Of a stretch of 63,098 bases of DNA, positions 62,700-63,098 are shown in pieces. A program made the translations under genes and the position numbers. Numbering within the stretch: the stretch's first letter is position 1; every line of letters starts with the position of its first letter. The notes beneath the pieces were generated by a model. The model saw only the letters and a list, made by a program, of their open reading frames with translations. It had not been told where the DNA came from and searched no databases. This stretch comes from Candidatus Parcubacteria bacterium (GTDB lineage: Bacteria > Patescibacteriota > Minisyncoccia > UBA6257 > 2-01-FULL-56-20), in the NCBI GenBank assembly GCA_041169145.1, contig JBEEJO010000001.1:1-63098 (forward strand). The letters run 5' to 3'.

Positions 62700-63098
62700 T
62701 TAAACCTCGTACCGGACGAACCGGTTGACGCGGACATTCTCTCCCACGCGAGCGATGACATCCTGCACGAGCGAGTTCACCTTCCGGGATTCGTCGCGAA
62801 CATAAGGCTGTTCCAACAGCTCCTCAACGGTCTTCGGCTCCATCGCGGCGATCTGCATCACCAGCTCCTGCGCGAGCTCCTTGAACGGTTCCGAACGCAC
62901 GACAAAATCCGTCTCGGCGCGCACATCAAGCAGAACGCCGATACGCTCGTTGTGTATATACGCCTTGATAAGCCCGGCACCGGTCTCCCGATCCGCGCGT
63001 TTTTCCACCTTTGCGAGGCCGCGCTCCTGGATGAGCTTCTTTGCGCTCTCAAAATTGCCTTCCGCGTCCTGGAGGGCGCGTTTGCAGTCCATAACGCC
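62700..63098 (-). CDS. tsf: elongation factor Ts, C-terminal part (N-terminus beyond the window)
   Basis: MDCKRALQDAEGNFESAKKLIQERG (UBA-like domain), GLIKAYIHN..RIGVLLDV..ETDFV. Confidence 0.85.
   Translation of the reverse strand, partial: GVMDCKRALQDAEGNFESAKKLIQERGLAKVEKRADRETGAGLIKAYIHNERIGVLLDVRAETDFVVRSEPFKELAQELVMQIAAMEPKTVEELLEQPYVRDESRKVNSLVQDVIARVGENVRVNRFVRYEV

Overview
This 63 kb window is densely coded. About 90% of its genes lie on the minus strand. The gene content looks like a reduced, CPR/Patescibacteria-like bacterial chromosome. That placement is an inference from trimmed or fused housekeeping proteins, an orphan 16S gene whose 5' end deviates from the universal 27F site, and many small membrane ORFs.

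Recognisable content:
- Cell envelope genes: an LD-transpeptidase/DD-carboxypeptidase fusion, mreB, an HTH-murA fusion, and 3D-domain and MliC-domain proteins.
- Replication and repair: dnaX, holB, recO, nth, rnhB, a short SMC, and an scpA fragment.
- Translation: frr, glyQS, aspS, rplS, rpmE, rpmF, rpsP, an RF1 lacking domain 1, tgt, dus, and a tsf fragment.
- A zwf-gnd-pgl operon, followed further along by ppsA, a 2-hydroxyacid dehydrogenase and a glycerate kinase.
- A copper/thiol-redox cluster: copA, an HMA-DsbD_2-cupredoxin protein, ccdA and a thioredoxin.
- A 943-aa Cys-rich surface protein.
- One 16S rRNA, tRNA-Leu(GAG) and tRNA-Tyr(GUA).

No CRISPR array, transposase, integrase or recognisable defence operon was found.

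Most unusual signals:
1. The tRNA-Leu locus has a duplicated, hairpin-interrupted copy of its own 5' half that runs straight into a GIY-YIG nuclease ORF.
2. A family of tRNA 3'-end fragments shares an identical 21-mer and lies downstream of both tRNAs, next to what look by eye like AT-richer islets (GC not computed).
3. The 16S gene's 3' tail lacks the CCUCC anti-Shine-Dalgarno. At the same time, many strong promoters are placed for leaderless or near-leaderless mRNAs, and a minority of accessory genes carry perfect GGAGG sites.
4. A roughly 370-nt promoter-to-terminator intergenic unit looks like an unidentified structured RNA.

All calls come from reading the sequence and the ORF translations. 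No database searches were run.
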